Assembly (NCBI GenBank): GCA_002269645.1
Contig: NIVC01001928.1
Span: forward strand, 1-64,000
DNA from: Macrostomum lignano
Lineage: Eukaryota
Length of the DNA: 64,000 nt
Reading direction: 5' to 3'
Below are positions 37,192 to 49,596 of this stretch, piece by piece (the stretch's first letter is position 1; each line of letters opens with the position of its first letter). Below the pieces are notes generated by a model. It was not told the DNA's origin. It searched no databases and worked only from the letters and a program-made list of their open reading frames with translations. The position numbers and the translations under genes were made by a program.

Positions 37192-37338
37192 GTGCAGCTG
37201 TGACAGGCCTCTCTCCGGCACCTCGAACAGCGGCAGTCCTGCCAACAGTTGGGGCAGCCAAAAGCCTCAGGGCAGTTCCAGCGGCAGCAATAATTGTTGC
37301 ACGGCTGTCACAGCCTACCTACTGCACATTAGGCCGAG
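37192..37338 (+). CDS. TMEM134: TMEM134-like exon 3 (Ser-rich, ...SSSGSNNCC...)
   Basis: CTAAC branch point and CATCAG acceptor; phase 2 at both ends, matching the neighbours. Resembles TMEM134 SSTQRSYNTCC. Confidence 0.75.
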
Positions 37339-37412
37339 GTACGAGTATGATACCTGTGACTGATAACTGTTTATAATTTTCATGCCATTGCTCCCTTGCG
37401 CCAAATTTTCAG

Positions 37413-37489
37413 CTGTCTTGTGCACCCCGAAGTTCAGCGGCACAGCAGGTTGATTCTGGTAGCCACACTTTTCTGCCTAGTTGGTGCAG
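37413..37489 (+). CDS. TMEM134: TMEM134-like exon 4 (start of TM1)
   Basis: CLVHPEVQRHSRLILVATLFCLVGA vs TMEM134 WTQHPLIQKNRRVVLASFLLLLLG. Confidence 0.85.
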
Positions 37490-37551
37490 GTTAGTTAAGC
37501 TAGTGCAATAGTGACAGGGTTCACATGCTGTAGGTAGCTATAGAAGTGGGG

Positions 37552-38104
37552 CCCCTGACTCCCAAAGTGGCGCCCTTGACTCCACCCGAAAGTGGCGCCC
37601 CTGACTCCATCCGAAAGTGGCGCCCCCGACTCCCGAAAGTGGCGCCCCTGACTCCACCCGAAAGTGGTGCCCCTGACTCCACCCGAAAGTGGCGCCCCCG
37701 ACTCCCAAAGTGGCGCCACTGACTCCATCCGAAAGTGGCGCCCCCGACTCCGAAAGTGGCGCCCCTGACTCCACCCGAAAGTGATGCCCCTGACTCCATC
37801 CGAAAGTGGCGCCCCCGACTCCCAAAGTGGCGCCCCTGACTCCATCCGAAAGTGGCGCCCCCGACTCCGAAAGTGGCGCCCCTGACTCCACCCGAAAGTG
37901 GTGCCCCTGACTCCATCCGAAAGTGGCGCCCCCGACTCCCAAAGTGGCGCCACTGACTCCATCCGAAAGTGGCGCCCCCGACTCCCAAAGTGGCGCCACT
38001 GACTCCATCCGAAAGTGGCGCCCCCGACTCCCAAAGTGGCGCCCCTGACTCCATCCGAAAGTGGCGCCCCTGACTCCATCTGAAAGTGGCGCCCCTGACT
38101 CCAA
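37552..38104. repeat. Intronic composite 21-27-bp minisatellite (GACTCCATCCGAAAGTGGCGCCCCT)
   Basis: Read directly. Confidence 0.93.
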
Positions 38105-38196
38105 AAGTGCACTGGTGACTCCCAGAGTCACTCTGGATGTCATAATAGCAAAGCAACAGCCGCTATCGGCAGTGTTTTCAATCGGTATTTCCGCAG

Positions 38197-38295
38197 TTCT
38201 GATAGCCTCGGGTCTGCTAAGCATAGTGCCGGAGCCGCACCCTCTGTTTGGCATCGTGTTCGTTGCCGGCGGATTCGTTATCTTCATCCCGGGAA
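38197..38295 (+). CDS. TMEM134: TMEM134-like exon 5 (TM hairpin)
   Basis: TTTCCGCAG|VLIASGLLSIVPEPHPLFGIVFVAGGFVIFIPG|GTGAGT. Confidence 0.88.
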
Positions 38296-38357
38296 GTGAG
38301 TTCGGCAACATTGATTATTGTCTTTGATTAACATATATTATAGCAATAGTTGCAACG

Positions 38358-38680
38358 GCACCCTGGCGCAACCATTCGGCGTCATTGGCTCTACAACCAG
38401 CGCTGACGGCAATTCTGCGCATTCCGCTGGCTCCTGAGCACATGCAAGCGCGCCAATACTGTACACAGGCATAGCACTCATGCACACGCTCTCACAGGGT
38501 GCACAGCGGCCCTGACTGTCTAATCGTCAGGCATGTACACTCTCTGTGCTTTGGGGGTTGGCCCTCCTGGCTTGTGAATCGCACGACAACCTTCCGGCTA
38601 AACTTCGTGCCCAAGCCTCAGATGAATGCGTTTCAGCACGGAATCGAACCAGGGGTCGCGAGAGCCCGATGGTGTTTACC
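38358..38680 (+). mobile_element. Degenerate dispersed repeat (probable Gypsy pol relic) in the last TMEM134 intron
   Basis: Visibly homologous to 63120-63380 and 54465-54560 (shared CTCCTGAGC...CGCCAATACTGTAC...CTCTCACAGGGTG and GAACCAGGGGTCG). Confidence 0.65.
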
Positions 38681-38814
38681 GCTGAGCTGCCCTGCCCCTG
38701 AGTGTGCTTTACTTAAAGCTTTCAATCCAGTAACTGCTCCCGACTTATGTTAGAGTTAAGGTAGTGCTTTTGAAAAGATATTGATTATTCCAACCGCCCT
38801 CTCACCGCCCGCAG

Positions 38815-38894
38815 TCTACTATGTGACCTACGTCATTCGGGCCTATCTTGGTCACGACGGCTATTTGTTCGATCATTTGCCTTCCATGGACTGA
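38815..38894 (+). CDS. TMEM134: TMEM134-like terminal exon
   Basis: CCCGCAG|IYYVTYVIRAYLGHDGYLFDHLPSMD* vs TMEM134 VYHVIFIYCAVKGHRGFQFFYLPYFEK (TMEM134/230 family tail). Confidence 0.9.
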
Positions 38895-39715
38895 TCTACC
38901 TCACGCCGACATCAGTGTGACTAGAAAGAGCGATCTTTATGTACTCTGGACGATTCGTGCTTTTGAAAGGTTTTGTCAGCTAATAAGCTGACGAGGTAAT
39001 ATGCAATTTATACTCATGCCGTTTACCCTTAAATCGCAGCCTATTAGAAATATCCCAGGCATTTTTTCTAAACATCGGCATTCTAGTTTTTCATCACTTT
39101 TCATCCAACGCGATACGAGTTTTATTCACGTGCATTTTTTGTTAAAAAAATTCCAATAATTTACATCCCTGAAAATATGCAATAGCCCTCGCATTTTGTT
39201 GGAAAAGCTTTTCTATATTTTTATCCTGATTTTTTGCTTTTTATCCAGCCTTTCCTGTATGTATCTTAATAGTACAGAAATTTTGTACTCTCGATTTATG
39301 CTACTGTAAGTAGCGCAGTGCATTAATTCTGGCTCTAGGCGTTTGACCGCAGGCCAGAATGCAACAATTAATCGTATTACGAAACTATTTTAAGTTTGCA
39401 ATCGACTTAAGCCGCTCAGTTTTACAAACTTTTCCAAACTCTCTATACTTTGTCCATTTTAGTTTAGAAAGGTTTTAGTAACAAGTAAATTTTTGTTACA
39501 GAAACCGAGCCTTTCGCTTTGGCATTGTATAATAATTGTACAATATTAACAAGCAAGCAGTGTTTCCAGATTATAAATAATTTGATGATTTTGTATCTCA
39601 AAAACTATTGAATTTCATAATTTCAACTGACATACATGTACTGACACTGACATAAATTACCCTTATCCAGACCATCTGTTAGCTGCCAGCTCTTGCACCA
39701 GTACATGGGGGGTTG

Positions 39716-40616
39716 TCCCAGTCTCCCAGTCCACCTGGGGCTGTCACCCCTCCCCAGTCCACCTGGGGCTGTCACCCCTCCCCAGTCCACCTGGGGCTGT
39801 CACCCCTCCCCAGTCCACCTGGGGCTGTCACCCCTCCCCAGTCCATCTGTGGGCTGTCATCTCCCCCCCCCTAGCGGAATGGGCGGCACTCGCCTCCCCG
39901 CTGCGTCTTCGGGCTGCCTTGCAGTTGTCATCTCTCCCCCAATCCATCTGTGGGCTGTCACCTCTCCTTCAGTCGATCTGTGGGCTGTCGCCTCTCCTTC
40001 AGTCGATCTGTGGGCTGTCGCCTCTCCTTCAGTCGATCTGTGGGCTGTCGCCTCTCCTTCAGTCGATCTGTGGGCTGTCGCCTCTCCTTCAGTCGATCTG
40101 TGGGCTGTCGCCTCTCCTTCAGTCGATCTGTGGGCTGTCGCCTCTCCCCCAATCCATCTGTGGGCTGTCGCCTCTCCTTCAGTCGATCTGTGGGCTGTCA
40201 CCTCTCCTTCAGTCGATCTGTGGGCTGTCGCCTCTCCTTCAGTCGATCTGTGGGCTGTCGCCTCTCCTTCAGTCGATCTGTGGGCTGTCGCCTCTCCTTC
40301 AGTCGATCTGTGGGCTGTCGCCTCTCCTTCAGTCGATCTGTGGGCTGTCGCCTCTCCCCCAATCCATCTGTGGGCTGTCGCCTCTCCTTCAGTCGATCTG
40401 TGGGCTGTCGCCTCTCCTTCAGTCGATCTGTGGGCTGTCGCCTCTCCTTCAGTCGATCTGTGGGCTGTCGCCTCTCCTTCAGTCGATCTGTGGGCTGTCG
40501 CCTCTCCTTCAGTCGATCTGTGGGCTGTCGCCTCTCCTTCAGTCGATCTGTGGGCTGTCGCCTCTCCTTCAGTCGATCTGTGGGCTGTCACCTCTCCCCC
40601 AATCCATCTGTGGGCT
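39716..40616. repeat. Adjacent related minisatellites: ~27-bp (39716-39850) and 30-bp (39935-40616, TCTGTGGGCTGTCGCCTCTCCTTCAGTCGA)
   Basis: Read directly. Confidence 0.95.
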
Positions 40617-41740
40617 GCACTGGGTGCACTGGTTATATGATACAAGGTGCCGAGGCGCTTTTGTTGTGAAAAATTGTCATAGCAGCTCAAGCCGATTACC
40701 TATGCATCGGGCGATAAATAAATGAGTTCTTGTCGAAAAAATAAACTCTTATTACGTAATGCATAGTTATTAAAGACCACGATGAACAGAGAAAATTAGG
40801 GATTAATAAATAGCCACTGCCATAGATGTGCCGATACGATTATATTGTCATTCAGCGCACAGGCAGTGACAGAGGTCTCAGTTGAGCAAACAGCCAGCCG
40901 CTAAAATGGCCGGAATTCGATACAAAAAACTGAGTAAAAACTTTTGCAGTTATAAAAAACTGCTCACAGCAAAAGCCTCAATTAAGGAAGAAGGATTTGA
41001 GAAGTAAATCTTAATACAAAAATATACAATACTTAACTATGTTTGCAATGTTTCTGTCATGATTGTAGCGTACGTGTAAATATATTCAGTATTCAGTATG
41101 GCGACCCAGCATCTCTCAAAACTAAATTTGGCATTAAAATGCGTAAAAAGGCAGAAAAGTATGGCAATGAAAAAACGCGAAGCGAAGAACAATGCAACAT
41201 GACAGAAACTAAAGATTTGAATCACGGAATCGGCACCCGCTGTTAAATATTTATAAATAGAAAATCTCTTTAAACAGTAGTAATTTCGGTCGCGCTTTAA
41301 AATGGGTCACAATTTTCTAAAGCAGTCTACTCACAGTAGAGTTATTAGGATGAAATTGTGAGATTATGTATGTGAATAAAAATTCTACGTAATTCACGTT
41401 TTAAAAATGGGAATTCCGTACTGTATTTGTACTAGTTCGACACCCCGCCCTTTGTGACGGATGTGACGCGGAAATGCCAGAAAATAAAGCAAATATTTGG
41501 CGGATTTAAACAAGTGATAAGCTAACAGTCTAAAGCTTGTAAGCAGTTAGCAGGCCTGTAAATAAACTTACGGAAGCACAGCAGTCATATAAAGTAGTAG
41601 CTGTTTCAAACAGACTACAATAGCTGATAAACATAAATAAAATAAAATTGCATTAGTACAAAGGAATATCGAAAGTTATTAAAGAATAGCGAATAGCAAT
41701 GCCGTATTGCAGTATAGTGCAGCTTCATACGGGTAGCAAA

Positions 41741-41890
41741 TTACACGAGTGTCTGGTGAGTGGAAAACCGACTGTGGGGCTGTCTTGGAGGCGGAACCGG
41801 AGGCTGCCAATGCTGCTGCTGCAGTCGGTGCTGGTTTTGGTACAGGGGCTGCTGCGGCTGATGCTGTGGGACATGCGGCTGAGGACCTCT
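41741..41890 (-). CDS. EPB41L4A: FERM (band 4.1/EPB41L4A-like) terminal exon, Q/P-rich, ends HQTLV*
   Basis: TTTCAG acceptor, phase 0; TAA at 41743-41741. Confidence 0.75.
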   Translation of the reverse strand, partial: RGPQPHVPQHQPQQPLYQNQHRLQQQHWQPPVPPPRQPHSRFSTHQTLV

Positions 41891-41953
41891 CTGAAAGATA
41901 GAAAGTAAAACGCTGCTTAACCTGCAGTGCGGTACTGAGGGCGTTTTCGGCTG

Positions 41954-42810
41954 GTGGGTGTTGGCTGTGGGGTAGTGGGTGCTGGCTGTGGGGTGGTGGG
42001 TGCTGGCTGTAGGGTGGTGGGTGCTGGCTGTGGGGTGGTGGGTGCTGGCTGTAGGGTGGTGGGTGCTGGCTGTGGGGTGGTGGGTGCTGGCTGTAGGGTG
42101 GTGGGTGCTGGTTGTGGGGCGGTGGGTGCTGGCTGTGGGGTGGTGGGTGCTGGCTGTAGGGTGGTGGGTGCTGGCTGTAGGGTGGTGGGTGCTGGCTGTA
42201 GGGTGGTGGGTGCTGGCTGTGGGGTGGTGGGTGCTGGCTTTAGGGTGGTGGGTGCTGGCTGTGGGGCGGTGGGTGCTGGCTGTGGGGCGGTGGGTGCTGG
42301 CTTTAGGGTGGTGGGTGCTGGCTGTGGGGCGGTGGGTGCTGGCTGTGGGGTGGTGGGTGCTGGCTGTGCATGGGGCAGTGGGTACTGGCTGTGGGGTGGT
42401 GGGTGTTGGCTGTGGGTTGCTGGGTGCTGGTCATGGGTTGCTGGATGCTGGTCATGGGTTGCTGGGTGCTGGCTATGGGTTGCTGGGTGCTGTCTATGGG
42501 TTTCTGGGTGCTGGTCATGGGTTGCTGGGTGCTGTCTATGGGTTTCTGGGTGCTGGTCATGGGTTGCTGGGTGCTGTCTATGGGTTTCTGGGTGCTGGTC
42601 ATGGGTTGCTGGATGCTGATCATGGGTTTCTGGGTGCTGTCTAAGGGTTGCTAGTGCTGGCTATGGGTTGCTGGGTGCTGGCTATGGGTTGCTGGGTGCT
42701 GTCTATGGGTTGCTGGGTGCTGGCTATGGGTTGCTGGGTGCTGTCTATGGGTTGCTGGGTGCTGTCTATGGGTTGCTGGGTGCTGTCTATGGGTTGCTGG
42801 GTGCTATGGG
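41954..42810. repeat. Two abutting 21-bp GT-rich minisatellites
   Basis: GTGGGTGCTGGCTGTGGGGTG, then GGGTGCTGTCTATGGGTTGCT. Confidence 0.95.
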
Positions 42811-43344
42811 CTGCTGGCTGTGGGGTGGGTGTTAGCTGCGGTCAAGGTTTCCGAATAAGTGTAAAATATGCAACAGGTAACCTGCTATTTGTAAACATAA
42901 AAAGCTCATTCAGCAAAATTGATAAAATTAATAAAATCTTAAGACTTCTACAACTTTGCTTAACTTGAGGCTTACGAAAATTCAACAAAATCTAATACGG
43001 CTTTAAAATGTCTAAAAACTGCTACACACTAACTTGATAGTCGCATAAAAATCATAGAAAAATCTCAAATTAGTAAGTCAGCAATGATCTCGAACAATTC
43101 CTTCGTTTTTTAGAAACGAGAGCGAGCAATGTAGGAATGCTGCTATGATGCAGTGCATACTGCAGGCTCTGGTAACTCAATTACCATTAAAATCAGTCCT
43201 GAAAAAGTTTCAGAGTAAGGTTTAGGAGATTTCACTTTTCTTCTTCTGACAGATGCCTCATCTTTCTGACACCCAACATGCAACAGTGGGTTGCCGACAG
43301 AAGTTGCTGGGTTGTCAGAATTATTCTGACAACCACCGTAGTCT

Positions 43345-43730
43345 AATGACACCCATATTAGTCTAATGACTCAAATAGTAGTCTAATTACACTATAAGAT
43401 TAGCCTAATGACACCCATATTAGTCTAACAGTACCTATATTAGTCTAAAAACACTTTTATTACTCTAATGACACCCAGATTGGTCTAATGACACTATAAG
43501 ATTAGTCTAATGACACCCAGATTGGTCTAATAACACCCATATTACTCTAATGACACCCATATTAGTCTAATGACACCCAGATTGGTCTAATAACACCCAT
43601 ATTACTCTAATGACACCCATATTAGTCTAATGACACCCAGATTAGTCTGACACCTATATTAGTCTAAAAATACCCATATTATTCTAACGATACCAAGATA
43701 AGTCTAATGAGACAGCTAGATTAGTCTAAT
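43345..43730. repeat. ~21-bp minisatellite (TTAGTCTAATGACACCCATAT)
   Basis: Read directly. Confidence 0.9.
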
Positions 43731-43870
43731 GACATCCAACATTGGTTTAATGACAGCCACATAAGTTATCCTGACTCCCGCGTGGACCAACAGACACGGG
43801 AACAGGTATATAGTATTTGAGAACACGCATGTCAGACTTTCTGGGTTGTTAAAAAATGAGCCAGCCTCAC

Positions 43871-43970
43871 CAGCGGCTGGTAGCGCCTGTTGGGGTCGGT
43901 TTCTGTGTCTGACACGGCCGCCTGGTAGCTGTTGTTGTGCGAGTGCCTGTAGTTGCCGCCGCTGGGTGGC
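43871..43970 (-). CDS. EPB41L4A: FERM gene exon (PPSGGNYRHSHNNSYQAAVSDTETDPNRRYQPL)
   Basis: TTCCGCAG acceptor and GTGAGG donor; phases 2 and 0 fit the chain. Confidence 0.75.
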
Positions 43971-44016
43971 CTGCGGAATTAACAAAGAATTCCCCATTGG
44001 ATTGTGAACTTGAAAC

Positions 44017-44366
44017 TGTGAACAGCCAGGATCACAGTGTGAAATCGGCAATGTGAACAGCCAGGATCACAGTGTGAAATCGGCAATGTGAACAGCCAGG
44101 ATCACAGTGTGAAATCGGCAATGTGAACAGCCAGGATCACAGTGTGAAATCGGCAATGTGAACAGCCAGGATCACAGTGTGAAATCGGCAATGTGAACAG
44201 CCAGGATCACAGTGTGAAATCGGCAATGTGAACAGCCAGGATCACAGTGTGAAATCGGCAATGTGAACAGCCAGGATCACAGTGTGAAATCGGCAATGTG
44301 AACAGCCAGGATCACAGTGTGAAATCGGCAATGTGAACAGCCAGGATCACAGTGTGAAATCGGCAA
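44017..44366. repeat. 35-bp minisatellite, 10 near-identical copies
   Basis: Unit TGTGAACAGCCAGGATCACAGTGTGAAATCGGCAA. Confidence 0.97.
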
Positions 44367-44389
44367 TTCGCAGAACACAGGATGCGCAC

Positions 44390-44881
44390 CCTTCGCTCAG
44401 GTAGTCGCCATACAGGGACCAGCCGGGAGCCGCTGCCCCATGGTCAACTTGGCGCGGCTGCAGTTGCTGGCGGTGGCTCATCGGACTGCGGCCTGCAGCA
44501 GCGGCGGCGGCGGCGGCGGCTGCGGCAACAGCGGCGGCGTCGGCATCAGCGACAGGCCCGGTGCTGTCCTGCGGCACCGGCCCGGAGCTGCGCGGGATGA
44601 TCTCGGCGCGCGGCGCCGTCAGTCGCAGCCGGCCCCGACCGGTCTGGGCGTCGTAGTTGACGCGAAGTCCCCGATCAGCTGGCAGCTGGGTGAACTCAAT
44701 CTGGCGCAGCTGCTCCTGGCTGAGGCCGCTCGAGTCCACCCGGTCGTGCCGGATGTGGCTGAGCAGGCCGGAGGAGGCCTCGGCCAGGATCGGCCGCCGA
44801 CTGCGACCCCCGCCGCTGGCCGCCGCGGAGGAGGCGGAGGCAGCGGGGGCGATGGGGTGGCGACGCCGGGAGCCGGCCTCG
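44390..44881 (-). CDS. EPB41L4A: FERM gene exon carrying the EPB41L4A-type C-terminal motif
   Basis: LLSHIRHDRVDSSGLSQEQLRQIEFTQL vs human EPB41L4A [28 protein letters not shown] (from recall). The GTGCGC donor is inferred from phase. Confidence 0.85.
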
Positions 44882-44940
44882 CTATTGGGGGAGGGGGAGC
44901 GAGGGGGGCGGATTATCGATTATTGGCATTAATCCTTGTC

Positions 44941-45618
44941 CATTCCCACTAATCCCTGCCATAGTTATCCCCGGTAATCCCTGTCATAGTTATCCCCACT
45001 AATCCCTGCCATAGTTATCCCCATTAATCCCTGCCATAGTTATCCCCACTAATCCCTGCCATAGTTATCCCCACTAATCCCTGCCATAGTTATCCCCACT
45101 AATCCCTGCCATAGTTATCCCCACTAATCCCTGCCATAGTTATCCTCATTAATCCCTGCCATAGTTATCCCCGGTAATCCCTGCCATAGTTATCCCCGGT
45201 AATCCCTGCCATAGTTATCCCCAATTATCCCTGCCATAGCTATCCCCACTAATCTCTGTCATAGTTATCCCCACTAATCCCTGCCATAGTTATCCCCACT
45301 AATCCCTGCCATAGTTATCCTCATTAATCCCTGCCATAGTTATCCCCGGTAATCCCTGCCATAGTTATCCCCGGTAATCCCTGCCATAGTTATCCCCAAT
45401 TATCCCTGCCATAGCTATCCCCACTAATCTCTGTCATAGTTATCCCCACTAATCCCTGCCATAGTTATCCCCATTAATCCCTGCCATAGTTATCCCCACT
45501 AATCCCTGCCATAGTTATCCCCACTAATCCCTGCCATAGTTATCCCCACTAATCCCTGCCATAGTTATCCCCATTAATCCCTGTCATAGTTATCCCCACT
45601 AGTCATAGTTATCCCTAT
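44941..45618. repeat. 25-bp minisatellite (CCCCACTAATCCCTGCCATAGTTAT)
   Basis: Read directly. Confidence 0.95.
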
Positions 45619-46159
45619 TAATCCTGAGTTCCAAATACCAACAATGCATTTCCCAAAGGCACGAAACCTACTTTAAGTAGTATCAATGAGACTGTGATTG
45701 TAATAAAAGAGTAAATTTAAATTGCAAGTTCACAGCAAACATTAATATTGAAGATTAGACATGAAACTTTTGAAACGACTGACTCAACAAGAGTAAAGCG
45801 CATGGGCTGTACTAATATACCCAAATGAATTCGTATGGGGAGCATAGTGGCCAAGGTTTAGAAGCCAGCTGCTGGGCACAGAACACACGGGAAGATCAAT
45901 ACCTCGCCCATGCCAGGCTGGTCAAACAACAGTTACTTAGCAAAATGGAAGCGGCAATGCTGAACTGCTAGTTGAATGGGGTGGTGAATGGCTGTGAAAT
46001 TTATGGCATTGGCAATTGTTGAGTTCAGACTGAACTGTAGGGGACAGAGGGGAGCAAGAGATACAAGACAGTAGATGTGTTTGTCTGGTAGATAAAAATG
46101 AAAAGAGGAGACAAGATGAGAGAGGAGTGACAAAAGAGACCAGATAAGAGAAGATGCAG

Positions 46160-46775
46160 AGAAAAGATGGGACGTAAAAACAGAGGGAGATGAGACGGAG
46201 AAGACGGGGAGATGAGACGGAGAAGACGGGGAGATGAGACGGAGAAGACAGGGAGATGGAGAATACAGTGAGATGGAGAATACAGTGAGATGAGACGGAG
46301 AAGACAGGGAGATGGAGAATACAGTGAGATGGAGAATACAGTGAGATGAGATGGAGAAGACGGGGAAATGAGACGGAGAAGAGGGAGATGAGACGGAGAA
46401 GACAATGAGATGAGACGGAGAAGACAATGAGATGAGACGGAGAAGACAATGAGATCAGACGGAGAAGACAGGGAGATGAGACGGAGAAGACAGGGAGCAG
46501 AGACGGAGAAGACAATGAGATAAGATGGAGAAGACAGGGAGATGAGACGGAGAAGACAGGGAGCAGAGACGGAGAAGACAATGAGATGAGATGGAGAAGA
46601 CAGGGAGATGAGACGGAGAAGACAGGGAGCAGAGACGGAGAAGACAGGGAGATAAACGGAGAAGACAATGAGATGAGATGGAGAATACAGTGAGATGGAG
46701 AATACAGTGAGATGGAGAATACAGTGAGATGAGATGGAGAAGACGGGGAGATGAGATGGAGAAGAGGGAGATGTG
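46160..46775. repeat. GA-rich ~22-bp minisatellite (GAGATGAGACGGAGAAGACAGG)
   Basis: Read directly. Confidence 0.9.
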
Positions 46776-46998
46776 ACAGACAAAAAGGACAAGGCAGGTT
46801 GGATAACTTGATGCTTAATATAACAACATGTGATTGGAAATGATTTATTAGCTGAATAACGATTGCAACAAAAAGCAAGAAGTTAAACACACGTCAGTAT
46901 ATTTTAATCAATTGTGACAACAGCACTCTAGTGCAGATATAGTTAAAACAAAAACAAGTGGATGAGAATAAGCATGAATTTCGTGTGTAAAGAGCTAC

Positions 46999-47073
46999 CT
47001 GGAATCGTAGAGTTCATCCGAGGTCAGGTGCCGTTTCGAGCGCTGATAATAGCGCTCCCTGACCATGTTGAAT
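46999..47073 (-). CDS. EPB41L4A: FERM gene exon (FNMVRERYYQRSKRHLTSDELYDS)
   Basis: Phase 2/2; CCCAG acceptor; GTAGCT donor (weak). Confidence 0.7.
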
Positions 47074-47282
47074 CTGGGCGCGGGGGCAATCGTGCAACGG
47101 AGGGGTAGCGGAATGCGTCAGGATTGCTGCACTGCCACCTGTGCTACCGTGCGAGAACCGTGCAGGTACAAGAGAGAAAATGGAAAAGGAAATGGCGACG
47201 GAAGACTGATAGAGGAATTGATAGAAAGAAGAAGGTGAGGAGGACGGGAGAGGCGGAGCCCGCGGAGGGGAGAGGCGGTGAG

Positions 47283-48275
47283 TAGAGGCAGAGGGGAGAA
47301 GCAGAGGGCAGAGGCAGAGGGGATAGGCAGAGGGGAGAGGCAGAGGGGATAGGCAGAGGGGAGAGGCAGAGGGGAGAGGCAGAGGGGATAGGCAGAGGGG
47401 ATAGGCAGAGGGGATAGGCAGAGGGGATAGGCAGAGGGGAGAGGCAGAGAGGAGAGGCAGAGGGGATAGGCAGAGGGGATAGGCAGAGGGAATAGGCAGA
47501 GGGGATAGGCAGAGGGGAGAGGCAGAGGGGAGAGGCAGAGGGGATAGGCAGAGGGGATAGGCAGAGGGGATAGGCAGAGGGGAGAGGCAGAGGGGATAGG
47601 CAGAGGGGAGAGGCAGAGGGGAGAGGCAGAGGGGAGAGGCAGAGGGGATAGGCAGAGGGGATAGGCAGAGGGGATAGGCAGAGGGGATAGGCAGAGGGGA
47701 TAGGCAGAGAGGAGAGGCAGAGGGGAGAGGCAGAGGGGATAGGCAGAGAGGAGAGGCAGAGGGGAGAGGCGGAGGGGAGAGGCAGAGGGGAGAGGCGGAG
47801 GGGAGAGGCGGAGGGGAGAGGCGGTGGGGAGAGGCAGAGGGGAGAGGCGGAGGGGAGAGGCGGTGGGGAGAGGCGGTGGGTAGAGGCGGTGGGTAGAGGC
47901 AGAAGGGAGAGACGGTGGGGAGAGGCAGAAGGGAGAGACGGTGGGTAGAGGCAGAAGGGAGAGACGGTGGGTAGAGGCAGAAGGGAGAGACGGTGGGTAG
48001 AGGCAGAAGGGAGAGACGGTGGGTAGAGGCAGAAGGGAGAGACGGTGGGTAGAGGCAGAAGGGAGAGACGGTGGGTAGAGGCAGAAGGGAGAGACGGTGG
48101 GTAGAGGCAGAAGGGAGAGACGGTGGGTAGAGGCAGAAGGGAGAGACGGTGGGTAGAGGCAGAAGGGAGAGACGGTGGGTAGAGGCAGAGTAAAGAGGCG
48201 GACGTGACAGGCGGAGGGGAGAGACGGTGGGTAGAGGCAGAGTAAAGAGGCGGACGTGACAGGCGGAGGGGAGAG
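47283..48275. repeat. Purine-rich 13-bp (AGGCAGAGGGGAT) and 26-bp (GGTGGGTAGAGGCAGAAGGGAGAGAC) minisatellites
   Basis: Read directly. Confidence 0.93.
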
Positions 48276-48502
48276 ACTGAGACAGGACTGTCCGCTAACC
48301 ATGCGGGCAGGCACATGTGTCCCATTCCCACTCACTTGTTAGTTTTGGTCACGGCCTCCGAGTCTGACATGAACGGGCGGTACGGATCGCTGAAAAGAAA
48401 AAAAGACGGTACGGTGCTGCTAAATAATTGAAGGGCAAACCCATCGAATATCCAAGCGGGGCAGATAAAAATTATTTCGGCTCCCTGCCCGCCTGCACTC
48501 AC

Positions 48503-48574
48503 TCGCCATACACCGATGAGGTACTGGCCACGGGAGCTCTGATGTCACGCATGCTGCGAGTGTCAATGGCCGGT
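48503..48574 (-). CDS. EPB41L4A: FERM gene exon (PAIDTRSMRDIRAPVASTSSVYG)
   Basis: CTTCAG acceptor, GTGAGT donor, phase 2/2. Confidence 0.78.
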
Positions 48575-48608
48575 CTGAAGTGCGAGGGGGCGGGCAATGC
48601 GTATCCAC

Positions 48609-49312
48609 ACTCATCACTGAGGCACTGATGCTACTCATCACTGAGGCACTGATGCTACTCATCACTGAGGCACTGATGCTACTCATCACTGAGGCACTGA
48701 TGCTACTCATCACTGATGCACTGATGCTACTCATCACTGAGGCACTGATGCTGCAATACTCATCACTGAGGCACTGATGCTACTCATCACTGAGGCACTG
48801 ATGCTGCAATACTCATCACTGAGGCACTGATGCTACTCATCACTGAGGCACTGATGCTGCAATACTCATCACTGAGGCACTGATGCTACTCATCACTGAG
48901 GCACTGATGCTGCAATACTCATCACTGAGGCACTGATGCTACTCATCACTGAGGCACTGATGCTGCAATACTCATCACTGAGGCACTGATGCTACTCATC
49001 ACTGAGGCACTGATGCTGCAATACTCATCACTGAGGCACTGATGCTACTCATCACTGAGGCACTGATGCTGCAATACTCATCACTGAGGCACTGATGCTA
49101 CTCATCACTGAGGCACTGATGCTGCAATACTCATCACTGAGGCACTGATGCTACTCATCACTGAGGCACTGATGCTGCAATACTCATCACTGAGGCACTG
49201 ATGCTACTCATCACTGAGGCACTGATGCTGCAATACTCATCACTGAGGCACTGATGCTACTCATCACTGAGGCACTGATGCTGCAATACTCATCACTGAG
49301 GCACTGATGCTA
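48609..49312. repeat. 24-bp minisatellite with an alternating 29-bp variant (53-bp higher-order unit)
   Basis: ACTCATCACTGAGGCACTGATGCT with or without GCAAT. Confidence 0.95.
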
Positions 49313-49401
49313 CAATGCTACAAAGGTAGCAGACAAAAGTGCGAATATACCTGAATCAATAGCAATCATCAAGCCAATGCCAAGTCAGAATTGTTACTCA
49401 C

Positions 49402-49596
49402 CTGTTGCGCATTCTCCGCTGCTGCTGCTGCAGGTGCAGTTGGTGCTGCGAAGCCTCCTGCTGCCGAGGATCGTGCAGCCACTGGTCTGAGTGTTCGAAC
49501 TCGCGACGTCTGGGCCGCCGGTAAGCCGCCGTCTCGGCCGCTTCCGAGCTGGCGGCGTTGCCAGACGCCTGTCGGAATGACGGATCGATGCCCGAG
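49402..49596 (-). CDS. EPB41L4A: FERM gene exon, FERM-adjacent region
   Basis: CCGCAG acceptor, GTGAGT donor, phase 2/2. SGIDPSFRQASG...RRPRRREFE. Confidence 0.85.

Noticed and set aside
37190-37310. Cys-rich metallothionein- or toxin-like peptide on the minus strand (PCNNYCCRWNCPEAFGCPNCWQDCRC...)
   Set aside because: It is the antisense shadow of the GCA/AGC-rich TMEM134-like exon 3, and its acceptor is poor.
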